Assembly: GCA_047967505.1 (NCBI GenBank)
Contig: CM106538.1
Strand: one strand, 5' to 3'
Source: Dipteris shenzhenensis
Taxonomy: Eukaryota
DNA: 64,000 nucleotides
Made by a program: the position numbers and the translations under genes. Below the pieces are notes generated by a model, which saw only the letters and a list, made by a program, of their open reading frames with translations, had not been told where the DNA came from and did not search any database. This document shows, one piece after another, positions 49,274-60,684 of this stretch (its first letter is position 1; each line of letters begins with the position of its first letter).

Positions 49274-49797
49274 ATGAGGAGGGTAAAGCAGACTCTGAGA
49301 AAGCTCCATCCCAAAGAAGGTCAAAGCTCCAGACGTCAGCGAGAGGAGGACTCAGAGGAGGACCAACGCAGACAGGAGCAGCGGAAGAAGTTCAAGGTAG
49401 ACATGAGGCCGTGGGAAGGTGTTCGGATACCTGTAAGGCCCCCGCCAAGAGTAAGGAAGCCGTACCGAGCAAAACCAAGAGCGTGGGCCGTGAGGAAGAT
49501 CAGGCAAATGCAGAAGATCACCGACAACTTGATCCCGCGTGCTTCCTTCGAACGTGTGGTACAGGAGATTGCACAAGGATACAAGGACGACGTGCGCTTC
49601 AGCACATGAGCTATGGGGGTGCTCCAGGAGGTTGCAGAGCAAGTGACAATCGCTTTGTTCGCGAGGACGCCAACTTGTGTGCCATCCATGCAAAGCGCGT
49701 CACGGTCATGGACAAGAACATGGCTCTGGCGAAGCGGCTATGGAGTGACCCAAGTTTGAGGCCCCAGATTCTCTTGCAGCCCACTCTTAGGACTTAG
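49274..49797 (+). pseudogene. Divergent histone H3-like gene
   Basis: MRRVKQTLRK start (cf. MARTKQTARK); histone fold KPYRAKP...IRQMQKITDNLIPRASFERVVQEIAQ...RF...LQE...LF/EDANLCAIHAKRVTVM; TGA at 49607-49609, 2-bp insertion at 49661-49662; AATAAA at 49858. Confidence 0.92.
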
Positions 49798-49957
49798 ACC
49801 ACCCCCTATCCTTGAAGGCACTATCTTGTATCTAAGGCCTGAGGGCCGATTTTTTTAAATAAAATATATCGACATTCTCTACACTATCGCATTGTTGTAT
49901 ATTTTTCATTTCAATGCTTGCAGTAAATGATCATTTTAAGCTAAGTTTTGAATTTTG

Positions 49958-50190
49958 TTAAATCCTGAAGGAATTTCACCGTTGCGTAGAAGGGAAAAGT
50001 GTCCGGCACGTTGCCAGGATCCCAGAAAGCCCAAAATTCGCCACGGTGCGAACTTGGATATTCTGGCTTGATTCTGGCAAGCCAGAATGTCCAAGCTCGC
50101 GCCGTGGTGGGTTTTGGGCTTTCTGGGGTCCTGGCGACGTGTCGGACACTTTTTCCTTCTGCGCGACAATGAAATTCCTTCAAGATTTGA
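49958..50190. repeat. Long fold-back inverted repeat (about 113-bp arms, 7-nt loop)
   Basis: Arms are complementary without gaps around CTTG-ATTCTGG-CAAG; all mismatches seen are transitions. Confidence 0.95.
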
Positions 50191-50419
50191 TTGAAATGAA
50201 CTCTTGATACCCAGAATTGGTGAAAATGATACTAAATTGGCTAGAAATTTATTAAACTAACACAATTAAAATGATGGAGAAAATATATCATCGACAACTT
50301 AAACAAAATACAATGGAATTCATAACGAGCAATGATAACTTAAAACAAATAATAAAGACATGTAGTCATGTATCCATTGAAATATTCATTTAAATATATG
50401 TTTATATATACAAAAGGCC

Positions 50420-51920
50420 TCATAGGCTATCTTTCCTCTTGGCTAGTTCGAGTACATCGAGAATAGGGGTCTTTGAATCCCCTAGTGGATTCCTAGATAT
50501 AAATCTAGCTGCAACAGCACTAACATCCTCCTCTCCTGCTGTCAAAGACATAGTCGTTGCCGTCAATGCCCTGCCATGAATGTTCGATCTAAAGGCATTG
50601 ATAGCAGCCAGGCGGTGTACCAAAATGACTTTGTTGGCATTTCGAGTAATGTTGGAGTATCCGATAGCACGTGACAATGCCTTGCACTTTAGCAGCTCTG
50701 AAGGACCTCGAGGAGAAATTTGCCGTGAAAGACCACGATAGGCTCTGCGACTTTGCCAAGGTAATGGGTCAAAGAATGATCTCGCTCAAATGTGCTGCGA
50801 ACATTACTCCATCGAGATGAGAAATCATCAAGCTCGAACGCATTCTGCAACAATTCAACAAACATTAGAAGATCGACAAAACAAATTATACTGAAAGAAC
50901 ATCAAAATAAAAAATATTGTTCGAACTTACCACTACAGCGTCGTCGGCTTCTATCCCTTCCTTATTTGCAATGTTGATGGAACCAGGTGTTGTGTGATGT
51001 TCCATTTGGGAGGTGGACGCTTTTCCCTGACCTATGTTGGAGGTGGAAGCTGTTGCATAAGAGAGTTGTGCATCGTATACGGACATGTCTGCATCCCTCA
51101 TTAAAACCAGCGTCGTCAAGAGAAAGTCTTCCATTGTCTGGTCTTCGGTACCTAAAATCTCGGGATCTTTGACACTTGTGTTAACATCGAACCGCGATAG
51201 GACTCCGAGTGCCTCATCCTCTCGTAGTCCAAAAAGAATCTCTATGTCATGGAGGAATACGTACTCTTCTCCATCGATGATGAGGGGGGACAAGGACCAT
51301 AATTCTGAGTCTGGGTCAACGGTCTCCGATGCAGATTCTTGCTCTACTAGGGGCTCTTGAAGTAGGCTCAATGCTTGAGCTACTTCCATCTCCTCTGTTG
51401 GATAGTCAAGACTCTCTTCCATGTAGATGTTCGAATCTAGTCTAGGGACGACCAAATCAGCAGTTCTAATAGAGGGGGTGCTAGATGATGAGGCTTCTTC
51501 CTCTAAATTTCCTTCTTGGAGAAGGAAGATGAATGTCATCTCCCATGAAAGGAATTTGGTGCCTATTTTTGCTGTGATCCCTGTGTCTAGGATGTCTTGA
51601 ACTTCGACTGTTCTAAACCCTTCGTTTGTAAGGTTGTCACAAAAGCGGGCCAAGTGCTTTACAAACTTGGGTTCCTCTATGAACAGATACTTTATGTAAT
51701 CTATGGGAACCCATCTCTTTGAAGTGTGGTCAAGTGTATAGGCAAAATTTGAGAAATTATCTTACATGTAAAGGATGAGATCTGAGAAGGCATCCTTTGC
51801 TTGCATATATGTGCCTAGGACATCTAAAGTCCTATCAAACACCAAAAATAGCTCTTCCTCACGATCTGCAAATGCAGTTCGTGAGATGAAGTCATGGAAT
51901 GCAGTTCTAGTTGAATCCAT
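50420..51920 (-). pseudogene. Two-exon gene of unknown function inside the TIR element (51920-50931, 50844-50420)
   Basis: ATG at 51920, one continuous frame with only two premature stops, GTAAGT...TGCAG intron 50930-50845 in phase 0, TATATA and AAACCCTAAA about 110 bp upstream. Confidence 0.7.
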
Positions 51921-52159
51921 GGCAAATAGTAGTTGATGGAGGGAGTAACTTCTGAGGACGGGAGTTTCTATGGCTCTCTAAATGTGAAAGTGAGAATGTG
52001 ATGTAAAAAGAGCTCTTACCCCTTAATATATATCAAAACCCTAAAAATTAAAATTAATCATAAAATCCCCAAATTTTCAGCATTGCGTGGTCTTGTAGCC
52101 TTTCTCCTCACCATGCTTGCAGAGGTTGCAACAGCAAGAATGGGACTCCTACACAAGGC

Positions 52160-52333
52160 AATGCAGCTCCAACAGAGGCACAAAAGAGGGAGAAGGAGAG
52201 GGACAGAGCAGCAGCAATAGAGGCACAGGAGAGGGAGAAGGAGAGGGACAGAGCAACAGCAACAGAGGCACAAGAGAGGGAGAAGAGGAGGGACAGAGCA
52301 GCTCCAACAGAGGCACAGGAGAGGGAGAGGGGG

Positions 52334-52382
<49 letters not shown>
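52160..52382. repeat. Subterminal tandem repeat (about 45-48 bp, 4 copies) followed by (GA)n
   Basis: Repeated CAACAGAGGCACA..AGAGGGAGAAGGAGAGGGACAGAGCA. Confidence 0.9.
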
Positions 52383-52387
<5 letters not shown>

Positions 52388-53316
52388 TTGCAGCAAGCAG
52401 GCCAGAGCAGGAGGGAGCAGAGAAAGAGGGGAAGAGGAAAAATGCGTGGGATTTGGTTCAGATCTGAGTGATTTGGCAGGCTGGACCAGAATAGTGGGGG
52501 ACAGAGGCCCTAGAAAGAGGGAGAGGAGAAGAAAAATTCGCCACAAGGGCCCTACCATCCCATTGAAGGCAGTTTTGGGCTCATGTGGGAGTGGTGCACC
52601 TGGTAGGAGGGTCAAACATGGGTTGAGAGGGGGGGGGGGGGGGATGGTTTGGGTGGTCCCTAGTGTAAGGGGAGCAACCAATAGGGGCTCTTTGTAGGCC
52701 TGCCCACCCTCCACCTCAACATACCATTGCTCCACACCTTCTAGCACTCTCATTGGTACACCTCAAATCACTCTCTAATCCCTTGAAATTAGGAAACAAT
52801 AATTGGAGGCCCTTTGGAGATCCCAATTCTTCCCTAATGGCTGTTGGGCAGTGGACAGGGTAGCTATAGATTGAGACAACCCGTTTGGAAGTGCTTTATC
52901 GATTGATTGCACCAGAGTTTAGCTATTGAGGGCTTTGTCTTGCAGTTGTTCAGCTATGTTTGGCTGGTTGGGCATGTGCGATTGCAGGTGTGGCTCAGAT
53001 AGTGGATGCTATTGGGGTCTCTGTTACATGCTTTGGTTGGCTGAGGATACATGATTCCTTGTTACTGAGTAGGAGCGTTCTAGCTGCCCTGTGATTTGTT
53101 CTGTGGTGCATATTTACTTGTCAATTTGATGCGTATGCTGTAATTAAGTGGATCCTACCACCCTTTACGTTGTTGAGGCTGGTTTCAGTGGTTCCATCGC
53201 TAGGATCCACCTAACTTCTTCAAGAGGGGAGCCTGTGGTTGGCTTGGTGCAAGTCCAGCAGACTAGGTGAAGAAGACAGCATACTATTTAGTAAATATGT
53301 CTCACAGGGAGAGATC

Positions 53317-54898
53317 TTTGAGCCTTATTGGAAAGGAAGAGGAAGAGCAGATGTCTCAGTCTTATGATGATGATCAGGGTGCAAGAGAGGAGTCCTAGCA
53401 TGTTGCTGAGCATGAGGATGATCAGACTGATGAGGAAGATGTGGAATTATTCAAGGCACAGATGCAGAGTTTCATGAGTGCTTTCACGCAGCTCACACAG
53501 GATCCTCACTTCCAAAAGATGATGAATTCAGATGTGCAGCCGAAGAAAGGAAGCCTGATGATGGGGATAGGGATGTTGAAGCTAACAAGAGACTACATGT
53601 CAGCTTTCAGGATCAGCCCTCTCAAATCCCCTTTGGTCAGCAGCAGCCTAATGCTATTCCGGGGCCTACTCAAGGTAATAATTTTCAGTCCGTCGTCTCC
53701 GGACAGCAAGGAGTTATGGCAAACCAGGTGCAACCAGGTTATTTTGGTGGTGGTTCAGTGTTTCATGCTATGGTCAGCCCCCCACAAGCCCAATTTTCGG
53801 GTATGCCTGCTAGTTAAACAGTTGGGTTTCAGCCTAGTTTACAGCCCATGGGACAGAATATGATGTATGCAAATGTTGGAGCAGCCCCAGGAATCCAAAC
53901 AGGTATGCCTAATGCAACAGCAGGTAACCTTGCTTTGGGAAATATGCAAAATATGGGTGTTGGTCTAAAGAATACAGCTTTTCCCAATGCTGGTAGTATG
54001 GGAGATGGAGTGAGTGCTGCTGTCCCTTTTGCCTAGGCACCTATATATGATAATTTGGCACCTCAAGGGAAGATGGACTTTAAAGAGGCTGGTGCGGCTC
54101 TAAAATTTGAGACATTTAGTAGGGTGAAGGATAAACTTAAGGCCTTGACCTTTTTGCAGCAGTTTGATGCAGCCTACACAAGAGGGAATTTTACAGAGTC
54201 ATCCAAAATACGCCGGGCTGCAAGTTTTCTAAAGGGGAATGCTTCAGTGGTGGACCACTATGCTTATGCAAAACACCGCACCAAACACGTGGGTAGGTTT
54301 CAAGCAAGTGTTTTCAGCTGCGTGGCTTACCACGACTTTTGAAGTGGATATCATGATTGCTTGGCATGCGCTCAATTCCAATAATTGCCGTAATTTGGAG
54401 GAGTATAACAGCAAGTTTTGGGCGGCTTTGTTGCTTGATGAATATTGTTGCGGGATGCCTAAGGAGTTGAGAGACTACTGCACAAAGGCTAAAGTTTCCA
54501 ATATGTCTCAGCTTATCGAGAATGCTAGCACGGCATATGCTTTGATGCAAGGGAGGACTTCTGGTTTCAAAGGTGGTCAGAAGCATGATACCGATCCGGT
54601 GAAGGACGAGAGGAAGAATGGATCTCGCAGGGATAAGTCTGATAGAAAAGCTAATCGTCAAAAGGATGAACATAATCGTTTGTCTCCAGAGGAACGACGC
54701 GCTTTATATGAAGATGGCAAATGCTTTATTTGCAAAGAGGAGAGACATCAGTCTAGAGATTGTCCCAACCGTAAGAGGAAGGAGCCGGCTAGTGACACCG
54801 ATAAGCCACGGAATGTTTCGAAGGGGGCAAGAGTTCCTAATTCCACAGCGGGTTGTTTACGGCTGATTTTGTATAGCGCCGTATACATGTACTTGTAA
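53317..54898 (+). pseudogene. gag: gypsy gag, frameshifted
   Basis: FLQQFDAAY...FTESSKIRRAASFL...QWW and CFICKEERHQSRDC; homologous to gag at 13733-14812. Confidence 0.88.
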
Positions 54899-57095
54899 AA
54901 AGAATTTTGTATGGCAGAGTTTGTCACTCTTTTTTTGGCATCTGATTCAAGATGATGTATGTTATACGGTTTGCAAGATGGTGTTTTCCCTGCTACTTTT
55001 GGATGCTATTTTTGCCATGAGGTTTCGATAAGATATGCATGTTATTCTTGTCATGAGGATTCGACAAGATGGGAATGCTCTTTTTTGTCATGTGGTTTTG
55101 ACAAAAGGAGAATGGATTCCCCTAGACCTTGGTTCCGGATGCGCAATTCTTGGAAGTGGTCTATGTCGTGCATCGTTGGTTGCGATGTACGTGGTGTACT
55201 AGTCACATTGGGTGTACTAGTCGCTTGGTTTGCAGTGCTATAACGTATTTGTTATCTGCAGCTCTACAAATCGTATATGCACTGTTGGTGATCTGTTGGC
55301 GGCATGATTGGCTGTCCACTCACATTTGGATTTGATATCTTAGGTACTTCGGATGTTCATGATGTACCACTAGTGTGGGTCTGAAGAGATGGCCATAGGT
55401 GGGTAAAGCATGCATGAACTATCCTTGGGAAGTACAGTCTGAGCATCTATGCGCATGCATTAAGTGTTTACATATGCTCATGATGTACCACTGGCGGTGG
55501 GTCCTTAGCGATGGCCATACGTGAGGTGGATCGGACATCGTGGGGAGCATATTGTTTGTGAATGCATGTATGCTTGTATGCATGTATGTGGAATGTTTGC
55601 TTGTCTTTTGCCTAACAAACATTGTAGTGTTTTCACTTGGTTTTCTTTTACAGGTAATTTATGGCAGTTGCGAACGCTTGCCTTCTTTCAAGAGGGGGGT
55701 CTGTCATGAGGACATGAAATTATGGGACTTTCGATTTGCGACTATCGTAATTTGCACGTGATTGCCTTGAGCCTTTGGGGTGCGAGGGTTCGGCCATGGG
55801 GTGGGACTTGGGGAATTAAAATTCCCTAATGGGCCCTTGGAAATAGTGAATGTGCGCCCAATTACTAGGCAATTAATTCCTATGGCCAAAGTGTGCAACA
55901 GGGGGGTCAAAAGAGTGGTGCAATTAAAAATTGCTAATTCTAGCACAGGATTCCCAAAAAAGCCCAGAGCCCTTCTTTTGGATTCAGAAGGCGAAATCAG
56001 TGAGCCAGACAATCAGTTGTGAGTTGCCAGAGCTTGCCAGGTGCTGCTAGAGCAAAATCGCCTTTTACCAGGAGCTTCCAGAGCCTGCCAAGGAAAATTG
56101 TCATTAGTCAGGGCTTGTACCATTGCATCTAGGGCCTGCCAGATGAAATCACACCTGATCTAGGAACCTGTTGCAGATTGCGATTTCAGCCAGGGTGTCC
56201 TGCATATTGCGATTTCAACTCCAGGTCCTCTTGGCTGTGTAGGTGACTCCGTCCTGTTCTAGAGCTGTTTCCAGGTGTTTGCAGATTGCTAGACTTCCGG
56301 GTGTTGCTGCTGATTTTGGTAACTTTCCAGGCGTGGGTGTTCACTTCTAAGCTGCTCTTGGGGCTATGCCAGAGCAGAATCAGCTTTTCTCTGCAGGATC
56401 TAGGGTTTTCCAGCCTCGGTGACCTTTCTTCTATGGATATTGGGCAGAAGAAGGCTTGTTTTTGCTTGCTTTTGCCATTCCCTGATTGGTTGTTGGCTAG
56501 TTATTGTGTTTGGGTTTCTTTCCTTGCGAAGAAAGGTTGATTTATGCTGTTGGGCAGTGGCTAGGGAGGCTATAGATTGACACAATCCGTTTGGAAGTGC
56601 TTTATTGATTGATTGCACCATAGTTTAGATGTTGAGGGCTTTGTCTTGCAATTGTTCAGCTGTGTTTGGCTGGTTGGGCACTTGGTTGTGCGATTGCAGG
56701 TGTGGCTTAGAGAGTGGATGCTATTGGGGTCTCTGTTGCATGCTTTGGTTGGCTGAGGATACAGGATTGTCTAGTGATTGGATGCCATTCATTGTTTGAA
56801 GTTGAGCAGGGAATTACAAGGTGGGCTGGACGGGGAGTCTGCAGGCATTGGTTTGCTTGTGTTGCAGCTTCCCAGAGACCTTTGTTATCAATCGCTTGGT
56901 TTCAAATGAATGCTAAATAAATACCGCAAGGGGCGCCAATGTTTGGGGCCAATCGGTATCCTTGTTACTGAGTAGGAGCGCTCTAGCTCCCCTGTGATTT
57001 GTTTTGTGGTGCATATTTACTTGTCAATTTTTTGTGTATGCTGTAATCAAGTGGATCCTACCACCCTTTACGTTGTTGAGGCTGGTTTCAGGTTG

Positions 57096-58450
57096 TGCAA
57101 GTTATGATGGATAAATGGCTCAAATTGCAAGAGTATAGGGGCCCTTATTACAAGAGAGTTTTTCAAGGTTGTTTGAAATCCATTTTCCTCTCATTGTTTT
57201 GAGCTACTCATGGAGTACATCGAGAAGCTCTCCCGGGTAAGCACTATATTTGCTAGTGCCATTCGCATCATTGAGTTCTTGTAACTTGTAAGCTGTCTAA
57301 AATTCGACTTGAAGCGTTGTCTTTACTCTTCTTGGTTTCGTTAGGGTGGATGAGCTACTTAGAATTTTTGACAGGAGGTGGAATAGATGAGCCTGCCAAT
57401 CCATAATATGTGTGTCTCACTCCACTTCTTTGAGAGATTTGAGATAGTCTTGTCTCCTCTAGAAGGTAGGAGGCATGTGTTTGACCCATCTCATTGTGGG
57501 AGACATGGAAATTCTACTCTATGCCTACGATCATTGGCATGGGAGGTACTCTTGTAGGTACTCATCATTTGTAATTAGGTGAATTTAGTCTCTAGAATCC
57601 TACATGAAATGATAACATAATATATTAAGAGTTCTTTTCCTTTCAACTTTGGAATGCTATGCACAATAGGATTGCTTTATTAGAGCTTGTGGGAGGAGCT
57701 AGAGTCCTAGTCCCTCATGCCATGTCATAGTTGGAGAGGTTGGTGTATTGTTCGGCGAACTACTCACTGGATAAGCACTATTGATGGTCCCATGTAGATG
57801 ATTACTAGTAATCACTTAGTTTTTCTATGGAATCCGGATCATAGAAAGCTTATTTCCATTAAAGTTTAAACAATTAGTGGTAGTCTCTCGAGTTTAGTTC
57901 AAAGCTCAATGCTCATAAGCCTTTAGATTCTATGTAGGTGGACATCACTAAGATTGACATTACAAAGGTCTCACGGAGGCCTCCATAAGACAAGGCTGAG
58001 GAAGCTCTATATGCTCAGCTGGCTTGGTAGTTGGAGGCTATTGGTCTTAATGTGACACATATGCAATCTTGAGGCCGTGCAGGCATTGGATGCCGTACAA
58101 CTAGATGGGTTCATATTGTTGCACATCAATGTCGTGGATGCATTATCAAGTGAGGAGGTTGAGGTAGATGTGCTTTGTCTATTAGTTGAGCTTGTGCAAA
58201 TATAGATGTATTTGGAGTGTAGACTTGTATGAAGGAACAAATTTGTGTAGCCTTGAGGAGAATCTTGTAGATCCAGAGGTAGAGAGACAACTTGAGGGGG
58301 TGAGTCAGATCCAAAGCAGACTAGGGACCCCAAGTTTGACGATGAGGAGAATATTGTGGATTGTGGGGAATTTGATCCTCAATAAAGAACAGTGATGAGG
58401 ACGATACTGAGTCTGAAGATTCAGCCCTTTGTATAGTGTTGAGGACCTTG
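57096..58450 (+). mobile_element. Possible very old DNA-transposase (hAT-like) remnant, perhaps continuous with ~44200-45262
   Basis: Coding-like, stop-riddled sequence with an acidic end; no clean motif recovered. Confidence 0.25.
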
Positions 58451-59810
58451 TGAATTGATATGGAAATTTGAGATTCCAATGTTTTACTTATATGAGAGAC
58501 TTTAATAGTTTTGATTGGTCATGTGACATGTACTATGCCCATTGCCATGTATGATGTATCATGTCATGTCACACTGCACAGTACATATTTAATTATTTGA
58601 CTCAAGAAATTGTTGCTTTTATCATGGAGTATTCTATCGTGTATGTATAACAACATATGCATGTCGTTATCAGATTCTCTTGGTTTCTTTGCTCTTGATG
58701 ACTATTTGGTTGAATGTAGATGCTTTAGGTTATTTATGTATTTCCTATTCCTCTCTATATGTCATGTAAATATTTTCTCTCCTCTTTTGCCTTTTTTGAA
58801 GGAAAAAAGCATCAGCCTGCTCTACCCTCCTATCATACGTATTCTCCTTCTGCCCATGGCAGCCCAAGCTGCCACTTCCTCTGCCTCCCCCTTGCTATTT
58901 TCTCTCCCCTCTGTGGCTCCCTCTTGGGCTGTTTTTGGCAAGCCTAGCAAGCCTTTTTTCTTTTACAGTCATGAGGAAAAGGAGTGGACACCAATGCTCT
59001 TCAATTTGCAACTGAAGGAAAATCTTTGACGCCATTAGTGTGTGTGTACACGCAGTTTTGCAAAGTGTAACTTGGTTGATGAGGGTTTTGTATTGCTTAT
59101 GGACGCTGTCTACAGTCAACACGATGATGGGATACCAACCTAAAGACCAACTCTCTGTCTTGCAGAAGCTGTATAACAAATATTTTCACTTGTTTTGTGT
59201 AGTTGGGAAACATCCACTTCATCACTACAACTCATATGAAAGGAAATGCCCAGGTTATATGAGAGAGCAACAGATACGGAATGCCAAGATAAAATGGATT
59301 TTTACTTAGCTACAACAAAGCTGAAAACAAGAAAGGAACCCTTTGTAAGGAAGATCTCAACGTAGAGCTTGCTAATGAGGTATATAATGCTTGTATTCAC
59401 TCTAAAAATAATCTGCAAACCACTAAAATAATGCTATTTGTGCTATCCTTTTACTTTGTTTAGATAATTATTCGATTTTGTTGGAAAAATACTCTCCCTG
59501 ACACTTCTATGCATGGTCATCAATGTGAAGTCTATGCAAGTTTCCAAAGAACTCTAATCGTGCACCTTGCACCAGTGATGAGCTGACAAAATATCATAGC
59601 AACATTGAGCTGCCCTAATAATGGGAATTACTTGCAGCTAGGATGACTGCTCCATGCCTTGACAATATGCTCCATCTGATGGGTGTCTACTTGCACCCTT
59701 TTTCTCTTGCTTGGATTCTGAACCTTGAGGCTGGTTTCTTTGCAGTTTTGGCACTCTGTTCTGACATCTTGTGATCTAATATAGGTACGTGCACGTGCAC
59801 GTGCACGCGA

Positions 59811-59824
59811 TGTGTGTGTGTGTT

Positions 59825-59897
<73 letters not shown>
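59811..59897. repeat. (TG)n(GATA)n(GA)n compound microsatellite
   Basis: Directly visible, ending about 21 nt before exon 4. Confidence 0.98.
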
Positions 59898-59900
<3 letters not shown>

Positions 59901-59918
59901 ACTGGAATGCCTGTTTAG

Positions 59919-60102
59919 CTGAACATGAATCAAAAAGGAAGAAACGTCAAAGACGGAAGCATTTTGATAACCAAGAGGCTTGCATGCTACGTGGTGTGTA
60001 TTTCAAGAATATGAAGTGGCAAGCTGCTATCAAGGTTGAAAAAAAGCAAATACACTTGGGCACAGTCTCCTCAATGGAAGAAGCTGCTCATCTCTATGAC
60101 CG
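59919..60102 (+). CDS. Soloist: Soloist coding exon 4, basic region and AP2 domain
   Basis: Translates KRKKRQRRKHFDNQEACMLRGVYFKNMKWQAAIKVEKKQIHLGTVSSMEEAAHLYDR, the characteristic Soloist AP2 domain; TTTAG| acceptor and CG|GTAAC donor. Confidence 0.95.
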
Positions 60103-60428
60103 GTAACTTCTCTTCTTTGTGGTTTCTTCTTCATGTAAAAAGGGGAAGAATAGAAAAACTAGCATGTGTATGTATCCAATTCGATACTGGGCACATTAAA
60201 ACTGTGAGGCTGGGGGTTGAGTGCCACGAGGGGTATTAACTGAAATCTGTTGTTTTAATTACTTCAGGCCAACTTGGTAAGGTCTGGTTCCATTGTCGCC
60301 ACTAGAATTGATTCTTTCTTTACTCCCCTTTTGGAAATATAAAAACCAAGCTGCTATTGCGGGGAATGAATAAAGGAGGGAAAGAGCCTTGTTTGTCATA
60401 GCTTAGCTGACGCATGTTTTTTGTGAAG

Positions 60429-60550
60429 GGCTGCGTATATGTGTGGAAGAGAACCAAATTTTGAGCTCTCTGAGGAGGAGAAGCAGGAGTTGCAGGGAAT
60501 CCAGTGGGAGGAGTTCCTTGCTTTGACAAGGAATGCCATTGTAAATAAGA
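60429..60550 (+). CDS. Soloist: Soloist coding exon 5
   Basis: Translates AAYMCGREPNFELSEEEKQELQGIQWEEFLALTRNAIVNK; GA|GTAAGT donor; phases consistent. Confidence 0.95.
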
Positions 60551-60684
60551 GTAAGTCTGCACTCACTTGCATAAGAGAACATAAAGCCATGGAAAGAACA
60601 CTATACGAAGTTGAATAATGCATATAGATGATGTATTCTTGTTTTGAATACTAAGAAAGAAATGGGATTATGATGTCCCTGCAG

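Larger units (their letters stand above)
45887..52839 (+). mobile_element. TIR DNA transposon carrying a RAG1/Transib-like transposase, an H3-like gene and a third gene
   Basis: TIRs CATTAG(TAG)GGGAGAATTGGGA (45887-45908) and TCCCAATTCTTCCCTAATG (52821-52839); interrupts the 5' LTR at GATTTAT|GCTGTT, which is intact in the 3' LTR at 56539-56551. Confidence 0.9.
45263..57090 (+). mobile_element. Gag-only (TR-GAG-like) Ty3/gypsy LTR retrotransposon
   Basis: 5' LTR 45263-45886 plus 52840-53187, 3' LTR 55702-57090, TSD GGTTG at 45258-45262 and 57091-57095, PBS TGGTTCCATCGCTAGGA at 53189, PPT 55690-55699; no pol seen. Confidence 0.95.

Noticed and set aside
49274-49797. Host CENH3 or canonical H3 gene
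   Set aside because: Intronless, disabled, inside a TIR element, with canonical loop-1 length and F84 but a non-canonical tail
50420-51920. RAG2-like gene
   Set aside because: Convergent position is suggestive, but no kelch repeats or PHD Cys/His pattern are visible
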